Below are positions 12,583 through 25,044 of a DNA stretch of 64,000 bases, piece after piece; position 1 is the first letter of the stretch; the number at the start of each line of letters is the position of its first letter. Origin of the DNA: Geosiphon pyriformis uo1. Its lineage: Eukaryota > Fungi > Glomeromycota. The DNA lies in the NCBI GenBank assembly GCA_016748015.1, contig JAAOMT010000309.1:62001-126000 (forward strand), written 5' to 3'. The notes beneath the pieces were generated by a model that was not told the origin of the DNA, did not search any database, and saw nothing but the letters and a program-made list of their open reading frames with translations. A program made the translations under genes and the position numbers.

Positions 12583-15500
12583 ATTGTAAATGAGGTCACA
12601 TTCATTACAATATTGAAAATCACATGGAATCAAACAGTAGTCACATAACTGAGTGTTGATTTCTTTCAAGTGTTGCTTTTGCTCTTCTCTTGTAGATGCT
12701 AGCTCTTGGTAGTGTTCATGAAATTGTTCTGAATCCAAGAAATTTATGACTGGTTTGGGGTCCCAGTTAAGTTTTATGGGCTCTGATGGGTTATTTTTGA
12801 TTGTCCTTATTTCTTCTAGTGACACTTTTTTGATTTTGGTAAGAGCCATTTGCCAAATTTCATCATCATTGTGTGGACATCCATCCAAGCATTTGACTGC
12901 TTGTCTCTAGGCAGCATCTATGAGTGTTTTTTTTCTTACCCAGTTGCTTATGAAAATCATGTACTGACATAATTTATCACATGTTTCTCCTCTCCCAGGA
13001 ATGTTATTCCATATTTCTTCATCAAGAAGAGTTTTTCCACAAGTCAAGCATGGCTTATTATCCTATTTTCTAACTTGTTTTGGTCTTCTAAAGCATTCAA
13101 TGATGCATGAGCAGTAATAAAACTTAGTTGCCATTAGGTATTTCTTATCATTGCCACAGCATGCATCTATTGATGACAATTTCTTTCCATTTCCAAGTTG
13201 TTAGTTTGTTCTGATTATTGTCGGTTTTCTAGGCTTGGTTAGCATTCCAGGTAAGTTCTTCTTTTTGTTTTTCTTTCCTATTGTTATCCCAAGAGAGTAT
13301 TAGTAGTAGTTTGTTGTGGTCTTCATTGGCCCAGAACACTTAATAGGCTTCCCAGAGTAGGTTTCTTTTTTTCTTTCTCGAATTTGATAAGTGGAGCTGA
13401 TGGCATGATGATGGGTTTAAAGTGTTCACATATGGCCAGTACTCTCATGTGTTGACCATTCTGGCTCAGTTGTAGTTCCTGCATGTTTTAATTGAGCATG
13501 GTGTTTGTTTTAACTAGCCAGTCATTACCAACTAGTGCTTGATACTGTGTAGCCTCTATTACCAAAACTTTGATTGGAGTAATGATACCATTTATTTCAA
13601 AAAAAAAAATTATCAATCTTGCCAACAAAAGTCTTGGTCACTTTATCAGCCATTATTATCTTGGCACTGGCAGCACAATCAACTCAGCAACTTAATTGGT
13701 CCATGAGTTGTCATGTGATAATACTACTTGCTGACTCACTATTAAGAATGAGTTTGATAGCATGGCTATTTACTTTGGTATCAGTGTACATGGCAGTAAT
13801 TGGTTTTTCCTCAAATGCAGCTCCACTGAACAATAGAGTTGCTGACAGTTCTTCAATTTCAAAGAGAAATATAGCTGTAAGTGACTTGTTTTCTATAATG
13901 GTAGCTGGTAGTATATTACTGGTAAGTGATTTCTGGTTTGTTTCTAAGTTATTGGGTAAGACATCTTTTGGGATAACCAGAAGACTTAAATAGTTCTGGA
14001 AACTCAGGTTTTGAGTATATCTGGTTTCTGAATTCCACTGGCATAATTTTAACAGCTGGTTAAAAGAACTGAGAATTAGTTGGTGGACAACTATTGCCGA
14101 TCTCCAGTTTTAGATAACTCTTGATCTGGAATTTCCTAATGTCATCCAAGCTGAGTTTAATGGTGGTGTTAAAGTTTGTTGGGGTTGATAAATTACTTGA
14201 GGCTATGGTTAATATATTGGTTGGGGTTGGGGTTAATAAACTATGGGTGCTGGAGGCTGATAAATGGATAGCTGATAGATTGGCTGCTACATTATAGGTA
14301 GGTAATTCAGTTAATATGGTGTTAGATTGGGTTGGTAACTTGAAATTTAAAACTGGTGATCAGGGTTTTAATATTGATTCCCTGATTGTTGGTTATTTAT
14401 TCTTAACCTGCTGTCAATCTTCAAGTGTCCTTGTTTACCACAGTAGTGGCAAACACATGTCTCCTGTTGCCACTGTTAATTGGTAAAAGATAATAGATGC
14501 AATTAATTCTGAAAACAATTCAGATTTCTTTAATTATTGTGTCATTGTGGAGATTGATAAATTGCATGATTGTCAGCTAAGTATTCTTTTAATTTCTGAT
14601 TGATTGAATTATTGAATTGTTTCAATTTGGAATCCAATTCAGATGATTCATTCATTACTAGATTAATAGCTTGAGTGTGGTTGGCTTTTAATTCTGCTGC
14701 TTTAAAATCTCTGGCATTTGTAACTGCAGCTTAAAGGTCTGCTGGATGTATTGGGCATATATGCTGGAGGATGCTACTGCATAAGCCTCTAATAAATTGA
14801 TTTAGAATTTGTGGTGCTGTAAAATAATCAGCCTGAATTGTCTGAATTTGGTGCAAATTTCTATGGAAGTATTCTAAGTAAATAATGACTGCTTCATTCT
14901 CTTCTTGTTTGATGGTGGTGAAAGTGTTTGCCAATTGGTTGATGCTATTGTTATTACTAAAATATCCCAAGAATACAACTTTAAATTCCTGAAATGTTTA
15001 AAATTTGGTAACTAGGCTTTAATACTATGAGTTGGCGGTATCCTGTAAGAAATAGGAGATGGTTTGAAGTGCTTTTGCATCATTCTATCTGTTGGCCGTG
15101 ATGGTTTTTTCAACATCATTGAGCTATATTTGGGTATCATCTTTTTTGCCAGTAAATTTCTTGAGTTTTGTTATTGGAGTGTAAACTATTGGATCTAAAT
15201 TTGGTTGTTGAAGTTGTTGTTATGACTATTGAAGTGGCTGTTGTGGTTGTTGGGGTGGTTGAAATGGCTGCTGTTGAATTGGATCAATAATCGGTTCAAT
15301 TGGTAATTGATTGATGACAATTACTGGAGGTAAGTTTTGCTGATTAATTGTTTTGGGATTTGTATTATTTGGATTTTGAGGAGTTTGAAAGTTCTGAGTT
15401 TCAATTTCCAGATTTTCTAAATTTGGATTTTGCTGAGTCTGAAAGTTCGGGGTTTTAATGTCTGGGTTTTTTGGAATCAGGTTCTGGTAGGTGAATTCCT

Positions 15501-15645
15501 AATCTTCAGCTTCTTCTTCTTCCTCTTCTAATTTTGTTACCTCCCATGGGTCAGCTGTTCCAAAATTTGGTGGAGATGGTAGTAATTGGTATTCTAATGG
15601 GGTAGTTGATTGTAATTTAAATTCTTCAAAATAATTGCCATAGGT
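12583..15645 (-). pseudogene. Family X gag capsid, knuckle, protease and Cys-rich domain (second copy)
   Basis: Collinear with ~36335-39534, with a ~130 bp deletion near 13185. Confidence 0.9.
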
Positions 15646-15665
15646 NNNNNNNNNNNNNNNNNNNN

Positions 15666-16362
15666 CTTGAGATCAAAAACAATACCAATTACTAAGAGTT
15701 TCTTATTAGATATGGCACTTTCTTAGCATACTAGTCTTTAATATTGCAGTATTCAAATCAATCAGAAAACCAAATGTAACCAGAGCAAACCAAAAACAAT
15801 GATCAGACTTAAAAGAATGGAGAATAAAACATGTTTGACCACCAACTTGAGAAATCATATTACTAATTTCAAAAGCTGTACAGTCAGAGGGAAGATTAAT
15901 TAACTTGGCCTTAAACCTATTATGAGACAGAATAGTTTTATTCTAATTTACCAAAAAGAGGATCTTAATACTATCTTTGTCCACCAAAATTGACCAATAA
16001 TTTAAAGCAAACACAGCAGAGTTCAACTTTTTAAAATGAATAACTACATATTGCCAAATATCAACAGGCTTCAATACAACACAAGTAATACAACCAAACA
16101 CACAAAAAGCAGTCCTAATATCAGCAGCAAACACATCCAAAAACACATCATGTAGTACAACAGCAACAAAAAAGGAACCAGACTTAGAAACCACCAAAAA
16201 CTTGGCAATTTTGAAAGTGGCAAGATAATTAAAGTTTGTAAGCTTAACCAAAAATACAGCATCTAAAGAGCTTTAAAAAGCAAACTTTATACAAAAAAAC
16301 TTTATATTGTTCTTAGTAACAGATTTCACATCTAAGAAACCATGTACAGACTGAAAAACAGC
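15666..16362 (-). pseudogene. ORF1 fragment of a further, divergent LINE family
   Basis: VVLHDVFLDV..IRTAFCVFG..WQYVVIHF..WSILVDKDS aligns by eye to ORF1 VIIKEIPVDL..LWQKALVKY..WSVLMGKDS; downstream LINLPSDCTAFEI..GGQTCFI. Confidence 0.7.
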
Positions 16363-16568
16363 NNNNNNNNNNNNNNNNNNNNNNNNNNNNNNNNNNNNNN
16401 NNNNNNNNNNNNAAAAAAAAAAACTTCTTTTTCTCTTATCTCCAAAAATTTTCAAAAAAGCACATTTCTTGAAAAAGAAGTTTTTTATTTTTTCTTGTTA
16501 GTTTTTTCAACATTTCTTTAAATAATAACTCTTTTGTCATAGATTTAAAGACTGCTTTAGGTAGTAAT

Positions 16569-18396
16569 ATGTCAAAAAAGAAGACATCCAAAGGTGCTTT
16601 TCATGATCCTGCTGATGGTTTTTGGAAATATTAAACACTTTGGTAATGAGAAGAATATTTTTTTAAGTAAATCTGGATCTAATAATAGTGTCTATTCTGA
16701 TATGGATAGTCTGTCTGGTGATGATGAAGATATTGGCATGACTGGTGTGAATGGTCAGTCTCTTCTGAGTTCGGATGCAACCACTTTCAAGACAAAACAT
16801 ATCAATACTGATATAGTGTTTGGCTCTCTACTTGGCTCTCCTGATTTTACTATAGATGATAAGATTACACTTCTCCCTCATTTGTCTATCTCTCTAAAAA
16901 AAAAATGGATTGATCCAAAGATCATCAAAACTCTAATGGAAGTATCAATCAAAAAATTGTTTACTTTAGATATTAATCTTTCAGCAGTAGAAGGCAAATC
17001 AGCCACAGCAAAAACTCAGCTTATTAGAAAAATTTTTTCAAAAATTAATGGTTTTGGGGGGGCCACTACCCTCTCAAAATTTGAAGGGATCATCTATTCA
17101 ACATTTACTTCAGAAGCAAGCATAAAAGTGGCCACATCATTAGCCAGAGAAAAAGGGATCAATGTAAACAGTGATCTTAAGAGACAAGGAATGAAGTCAG
17201 ATCGGGCTGTGGTGATTAAGAAAATTTCCATAAACACACCTAAAGATATGATTATTACTGCAGTATCCAAATTTGGGGAAATTAAGTCAATCAAAATTCA
17301 ACTAATTGGAATGTAACAAAAGACTATAGTGGAGTTTGCTGAATTAGGCCAAGCTAATTTGTTAGCCTCTAAGTGGTTATTTCTGATTGGTAAGAATTCT
17401 GTGTGCATAGCCAAAGCAGTGTAAGATCATGAGACTTGGGTATTAAGAGATCAGTTCAGGGCACTTTTGTTTATTTTGCTGGTGGGAACAATAGCACATG
17501 ATCTTGGGACTTTTCTGGAAAGGGCTGGTGGGAAAACTTGCATTATAAACAGATCTCTGGAAACTGGTAATAAAATTTGTTGTGCTGTAGTTGGTTTTGA
17601 ATTTGACGATAATATGGAATTTGTTTTTTGCATAAAGCCAATTTTTGGCAGAGTTAAACTCTCTTGGACAAAAATGAAAATGGTTTGGTGTGAGAAATGC
17701 AGGAAGTTTGGTCATTCTGCTTTAGAATGTGATGCACCTGTTGTGTCCTCATTTGAGCCTTCAAGAACATTTAAAAAGATTGTATCTGATGGACATCATC
17801 TTCAGTTGGCAAAGTTGTATGAAAAGAAAAGTGTTTCAATATCTTGTTCTGCTGTCTTTGGTGGTAAATCTTGGGCCCAAGTGGTCTCACTTGCTGGTTT
17901 TTCTAGTGGTTTTTATTTCAGTTCTGGTTCCAGTTCTAGCCTCTCTCTTTCTGGTGTCTCAGATTCTAACATTGGCTCTTCTCTCACTTTAGCTAACAAC
18001 TCTTTTTTAAATGCTTATTTGGCCATTTTGGAATGCTTATTGAAGCTTTTAACAGATTAGGTGTCTGGTATATTAAAAAAGTTAAGTGGCATAGAACTGG
18101 TACCAATAGCAACTCCTTCTTGTGTTTCTCTTCCAGTCACTCCCACTTCTTTGGTGCTGCATTTGAATGTGAATATAGCTATGGATGATATGTCATTGAC
18201 TTCTGCTCCTTTTCTCTCAGCTGTTGATGATGTGGTCCATAATTTTAGCTCAAGTTTTTCCAAGGTTCTGACCTCCAAGATGGGTAGATTGGAATCAAAA
18301 ATAGTAGTTTTTGAGGTCTCAATCAGTTTAGTTTTAGAAAAGTTAGATTGTCTGTGTTCTGGTGCAGATTCCTCAGCTCTTCTTCCATCTCAATAA
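16569..18396 (+). pseudogene. LINE B ORF1 (RRM-like region plus CCHC knuckle)
   Basis: CEKCRKFGHSALEC knuckle; homologous to ORF1 at 52417 and 59829; in-frame stops and a frameshift. Confidence 0.85.
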
Positions 18397-21300
18397 GTAG
18401 TTTAGTGTGAAAAGTGGCTATGTGTAATGTCAAAAACATAAATAATCCTGCCAAACAGAAAGATATTGTTTGATAGCATAAGAATATAGGCAACATAATC
18501 TCTGTGGTTACTGAGACAAAGTTGAAAGACAAAGTTTGTCCTTGGATTATGAATAAATTTGATGGTGTTCAGATGTTTACTTCTGGTTTAGAGTCTGGTT
18601 ATTTGGGTGCAAACATTACCATAATTATGGATGCTTCTTTAGCAAAGCATGTATGTAAAGTTTTTGAGGTGTCTGGTCGACTCATCTCTGTAAAATTGCT
18701 TTTTAAAAACAAACTTTCAGTGATGGTTTTGGGATTGTATGCAGATGCTACCTTGGAAAAGAGGCTGGCTTATTCTTATGTCATCAATTCAATAGTGGTT
18801 GAGGCTTTAAATGGCAGTACATTTGTTGTTCTTGGTGGTGACTTTAACAAAAATGATTTTGGTCACAGTGTGAGTTTCAGGAAAAGTCTGAATCTGAGTT
18901 TGTTTAATTTTTTACATGGTTTTTCTTCACACAGACTTCCCATATGGTCCAATTTGAGAGGTGTTAAAAAGTGCATAGACTTTATATTAGTTAGTGATGG
19001 TCTTCACAGTTCTTTTTTTAACCAAAAAGTTTACTATTTAGCTGAATTTTTTGATTCTGACCACTTGGTTGTGTCAGTGGACATTGGTTTGGGGGGCCTC
19101 CTCAATTCTCAGCTTAATTCGATATGCAGACAGGCTGCAAAAAAAAATGAAGATACAAAGTCAGTAATGTCAGTGATAAAATTTGGAAAAAGTTTGGAAA
19201 TACATTGTTGGCTGCTGCTTCAAAGACTGCTGATGATTTTGAATACCACACCACTAAAAATGATATTAATAGAATATGGACACTTCTCTGTCAGATAGTG
19301 TGCTCTACAGCGGGAGCTACTTTCGTGAAAACATAGTCCAGGAATAGCAGGTTGGTCAAGACTGTTGCATCTTCTAGATTTTATAAGTTGGAACTTTTGG
19401 TGGCAAAAATTTTGAATGCATACAAATTAGAGAATTTGGAAAGATTTCAGGCTTTGGTTGATAAATGGCTCAACTTGGACTTTGACCAAGCTGTTGAGTT
19501 CAAAAGTTTCTTGGGCAATAGTCATGACAGAGTGTTGGTTGAACAATCACTGGCGCATTTTAGGAAATTATATAGGTTTCACAAGTTTTTAGACTTTAAA
19601 GTTACTGAGAACTCATGGATCCAGATGGCCATTGATAAGTACATAAAAGCTTTTGTGAACAACAAAAGTCAAATGATCAGAAGTGTGTTAGAGAAGCCTT
19701 TCAAAAAAGTTACATTGGATCATTTGGTTGATGATAAAGATTTGGTTCTAAAGCCTGATTTGGTCAAGGGCAGGGTGGATTTAATTATGGAGAATTGAAC
19801 CAGGAAATGCACAGTTAAACCTTCTGTGCCTTTTCATTGACAAGAACAATTTTCTTTTTTTAATTATGTCGATGATGGTGTGTTTTCTGGCATGATGAGT
19901 CAAATTGATTTTGATGAATTCTTATTGGTGGTCAAGGATTTTCTTGATGGCAAAGCTGCTGGTTTGTTTGGTATCTCTAATGAAATGTGGAAACACTATA
20001 ATGAGTCTGTTCTGGTCCTTTTTTTGCATCTGCTCAACTTGTGCTTGGTGCATAAATCTATTCTAGATGCCTAGAGAAAAGTCTGGGTATCCATGATTCC
20101 GAAACCTTATAAGTAGGAAGAGGTCCTGACAAATACCAGACTTATTGCTTTCATTGAAACTTCTAGGAAAATTCTTTCAAAGATTCTATCTGATCACATT
20201 TTAAGAGCCTGCAGCACACACAATGTTCTGCATAGAGACAATTTTTCAGTGTTAAAAGGCACTTCTACTCAATCCTCTATCTTTGTTGTAGGTTTTGTTG
20301 TGGAAGATGCTTTGGAAAAAAACAGAAAACTCTGGTTGGTACTTCAGAACATGCGCAAAGCTTATGATTCAGTAAGCTGATTGCATTTGAAAAGTAGTCT
20401 AGAAAAAATCAAAATGTGTAAAAAGTTTGTCAGGTTTTTTGGTTATATTCACAATGGCCGCACAAATAGAATTATGATGGACTTTGGTTTGTCCAAGAGT
20501 TACAAAGTCCACAATAATCTGGACCAAAAAAAGGTTTTTTTTCCTCTTTTGTGGAGAATTTTTTATGATCTTCTGTTGTGTGAAGTGAAGAAACATGAGT
20601 CATTTTTTGGGTATTAGATTGATTCCAAATTCATGGCCAGAACAGGCAAAATTGAGTTTAATGCTGGTTTGATTTTTTATTTGGCTGCTGGTGCTTTCGT
20701 AGATGATACCATTTGGATTGGCAATTGTTGTACAGTGACACAAAAAATTTTGAACATTTCTAGTGAGTTCTTTGATTTAATAGATATATCAATTAACACA
20801 GAAAAGACAGTTGCCATTCCTATTAACCCAAGGACCAGCAATACCTCCTTGGAAGTAAGCAGATTTCCAATTTCAATCGCAAAGGTTGGTAAAGCTCATC
20901 AGTATCTAGGTATTTTTCTGTCCACTAAAGATCTTTCTGGTCTGAGTTTAAAGAAGACAAATTCAGATGTCAAGTTTTTTTCATCCATAGTTTTGCACAA
21001 GAGTATCACAGACAAGCAGTTCTCTTATTTGGTATCAGCTGTTTTGCAGCCCATAGTAGAATATAGAACCCAATTTAGCTTCATTAATAGAGGCACATAT
21101 GAGAAATAGGACTATATAATTAGAAAGAGATTGAAGTCTAAAGCTAGTTTGCCTAAGAACTTTCCTAATGAGACAGTACACTATCTTTTTTTTTACTATT
21201 TGAAGCCCTTTGAACAAGTTTAGGCAGAAGCAAAAGTCTTATCAATATTACAGTTTGCTAATGATGGTGAGTTAATAGGTTAACTATTTGGGCATAGATT

Positions 21301-23079
21301 AATAGACTTGCAAGTTTTGGGCTGGGTTCCTTAGAATCTTCTTCAATTTCCTGTTAAGTTGATAGTCAATCTGATGAACAATTTTCTGGCTGAAGTTACT
21401 ACAATTTTTTTGCATAATGAGATCTCTTTAGCTAATAGCTTGCCCAATGCTTTTTATTTCAAGCGAGATTTTTCCATTCTAGATATTTTGGGCCAGACAA
21501 TATATCTCCAGATTTGCAGATTACTAAAGCATTTTGGGATTATTTTTACAGACCAGTTATTGAACAGTTATGGAGAGTATTTTAATTGGAAGAATTTTTG
21601 CTGTTGGAAATGATTGGATCCCAGAGGCCCAGTTCCCTTATGGTTTATATTGGTTTCAGATTTTGTCAAGAGTGGTGGTTTAGTTAAAGGTTCCTTTTCT
21701 GCTTTTGAGTCCTCTTTCAAGTTAGATGTTTCTGATACAGACCACTTTGGTTTCATCTGTTTTAATTTAAAAGATTTTTTTTGCTGGTGATCTCAGTTTA
21801 TATTGATGGTTCTGTTAAAGGCTTTGGTATTTCTGATGCTGTCAGAGGGACTGCCGCCTATTTTTCTGATCTGGGTTTGCACGTGGGTGTGGAAGTCTAT
21901 GGTTTGCTATCATTCACTCTAGCTGAAATGCAGGCTGTTGCTCTGGCTCTTGAGTGCATTCTAGTCTCCTCAAATGTTACAGTTTTTTTTGACAATCAGG
22001 TTTTCTTGAATACTTATTAGGCCAAATTGAGGTTGATAGCCCCAGATTTTTGCAACAGGTGCTGAATAGAACACCATCATATTAGCAATTTGGTCAAATA
22101 TAAAAACATTTCTGTCATCTGGACAAAGATAAAGAGTCACTTTGGTGTGTTGAACAATAAGCGCGCTGATAGGTTGGCTGATTTAGCCACATTGTCAAAA
22201 CTTGTTTTTTCAGCCAACATCAAAAAAAAATTTTTAATGGCAGATGGTAAAGTGATTTCTGGCAATACACGCCACTTTGTCAGAACAACAAATAATACTG
22301 TTAGACGTTTTCAGTAAGAATTTAGACTTGGTTCAAGCATTGTAGATCCTTTGCAGGTCAAGGACATAAATTAGGTTTGTACTGTCTTGGTCTGGCACCC
22401 TGATTCTTACATGCCTGCAGGATATACAAGTAGAACCACTACTCGTTTATGCACATATTTAATGAAAGCTTTACATAGGAAGCTGTCTGTAGCTGTCAGA
22501 AAGCGCTTATATGATCAAAGTTATCTTAGTGTATTATGCATACATTGTAGGGAGGTGGATTTTTTAGATCATAGTTTTGTTTGTCACTTGGATTTTTTGA
22601 TGCATCAGAGCTTGATAAGTAAGCATTTCTCTCTTTGGAAATCTTTTACCAGGACAAACTTGTCATCATCTGTGGTTCTGCAGTCTCTGGCTTTTTCTGT
22701 ATCTGATGTTGGTCTTTACACTGTTTTGTGCAAGAGTCTTGTGTTTGAAGATTGGCTGGCAGATGCTAAAGCATCTTTTGTGAATACTAAGCTTGCAATG
22801 TCTAATCTAGTCAAGTTTGTTCGGAGTTTGGTTGTTGGCCATAGGGAGTGAATTTGGGTGCTTAATTCAAAACTTTAAGCTGAGATAGAGCATCATGGGT
22901 TGTTATACACAGATGGGTTTTTATATAATATCATTCAGAGTATTTTTACTAAGATTTCAAGTGGTATTGCTTGCTTACTATGAATTGAGAGGGGTCATGT
23001 GACCAACTTTGGTCTAAGTACTGGCCATTTGTTTTTTGCTGATGCTATTAGTGAAGTTACAGTAAATATAGTTGCATAG
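18393..23079 (+). pseudogene. LINE B ORF2 (APE endonuclease, RT, RNase H, CCHC)
   Basis: VTETKL, GGDFN, IDFILVS, SDHLVV (APE); AFVDDT, YLGIFLS (RT); VYIDGS (RNase H). Confidence 0.92.
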
Positions 23080-23489
23080 TGTAGTCTTGATTGGCCAAGT
23101 GGCTAGTCACATATAGCAAAAGCATGAATTACATTTAATTTAGAACTTTAAATAGTTGTATTATATTAGATAATGATTGGGCTTCACTCATTAAACTAAT
23201 AAAAAAAAAATTTTAAAAATTATTATGTTGTCAAACTTTGTAAATTCTAATTTGCTTTGAATTATTATATTAAGTTTCTTGTTTTTATATATATATAAAT
23301 AATTTTATTGTTAATAAAAATTATATTTTTTAAATATTCTAAAACACTTTTTTGGAAAAATTGTTTAAATTATTTAATTATTAATAATATTTTAAGTTTA
23401 AATCCAATTATTGTTAAGTTTTAAGTAGATATAATTATANNNNNNNNNNNNNNNNNNNNNNNNNNNNNNNNNNNNNNNNNNNNNNNNNN

Positions 23490-24653
23490 TTGATTGATTT
23501 CCTTGATGATTAGTGCAAAACTGTAATTTTTTGGTAAGCTGGTATGTTAAAACAATTCTGTATAAAAGTTTTCTCTTGCTGATTTAATGTCAACTGTTCT
23601 TCCTAAACAGTCTGTGATCTTTTCATTGATGTAAAAGTTGAAAGTGAATTCTGCTGGATAATAGTTGTTGTTTAATTCCAGTTGTTGGCTATACTGTTAA
23701 AACAAAGATTTGGCAAATCTTAAATGGTTTGTTTCTATGTTTTCTGGTTCTGTCACTTTTGGATGATTGTTGTTGGTGCTGGTTCTCTGTAGGATTATAT
23801 TTCACAGAAAGCACCAAATATTATAGGTAATTATTTGGGGTCTCAAAGCAAATAACAAACCCATAACTTGGTGCTCAATTGATATAATAATAATGATTTC
23901 TGAATGTCTGGTTGATCTAAAGATTTTGCTTATTTGAAGGTTTTGTTGTAAAGTTTTTTGTATAATAGACAGAGATTCAATAGTTGTTTTAGTAGCCTCA
24001 CAGAATCACAATTTCATCAAATTTTTTTTTTAACTTGGTGACTGGTAATCTTCCTAGTAAGCTATCCTTAAATTTATGAGTGTTTTACCCTTGTTTTACA
24101 GGTCTTTTACCAGTCCCTATATTCTGATGTCAGTATTTCAGTGCTTAATTTTTAATTAATTTAGTAACAACAAAAGAAATAACAATAGAAAAATAAAGAA
24201 AACAAAAAAAATAAAGAAATAAGCCAAGACAATTTTGCAAGTTAGTATCCTGTTAATAGCTGTGATCAAGAGCTATTGTTCTAGTGTGGTTAAGTATAAA
24301 TTACTATCAACATAAAGTGTTGATAGTGAAAAGTAGATTGAGAGATTGAATAATTATTTATTAATATTTGTGATGTGGAAGGTTGGTTAGATTAAATCTA
24401 AACAGAGAGGTCTGTTTTTTCTACTTCTAATACTACTACTATATATACATAATTGAGATTCTTTAATTTCTCAATTCTTTATACCAGAAATCCTGGAATT
24501 CTAAAATTCTGCAATTCTTTATATGAAAATTCTAAAATTTCTGGAATCCTGCAATTTTTCTTGAGAGGAATCTTGGAATTCCACATTTACTATGGCTACT
24601 TCTAATTGGCTAATTATATACTAATATATACTTCTTATGTTCTATGAATAACA
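23490..24653 (-). mobile_element. Family X gag N-terminus, PBS and 5' LTR (23819-24653), second copy
   Basis: Collinear with ~39808-40912; LTR ends ...aataaca. Confidence 0.9.
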
Positions 24654-25044
24654 ATGTTTTAGGAAAAGGTAGAAAAATACCAACAAGTGATTTTTTATTT
24701 CAAGATGTTCAGATACTTGAAGATAGGAAAAAAAAAATTAATAATAAGAGAATGATTGAGATAAAAGTTGTTATTTTATTTATTCTTAATTATTTTGAAT
24801 ATGTTTTTCTACAGTTAAGAAATTTATTGCTTATATACCTATCAAAAATAATCAATGATTAGGTCAATAACTAGGTTAATAATCAGGTTAATGATCAGGT
24901 CAATGATCAGGTCAATAATTATGTTAATAGTCATGTTATTGATCAGGTCAATGATTATTATCTAAAAATAGAATGGCTAATTATATGACATTAGTGGCTA
25001 ATACATATAATAATTAATAAGAAATATAAGTTTTAATTATAATA
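24654..25044 (-). mobile_element. Outer part of a family Y 5' LTR, split by the X insertion (second copy)
   Basis: Collinear with 40913-41255; contains the 12-bp repeat array; followed by TSD CTAT and LINE sequence. Confidence 0.85.

Larger units (their letters stand above)
16413..23210 (+). mobile_element. Near full-length decayed LINE (family B) with RNase H
   Basis: 5' UTR, ORF1, ORF2, 3' UTR and poly(A) 23201-23210 in order. Confidence 0.95.

Noticed and set aside
16273-16455. ORFs spanning N-gaps (also 11432-11617, 6999-7295, 12508-12888, 25053-25412)
   Set aside because: They are chimeric translations across unrelated contigs
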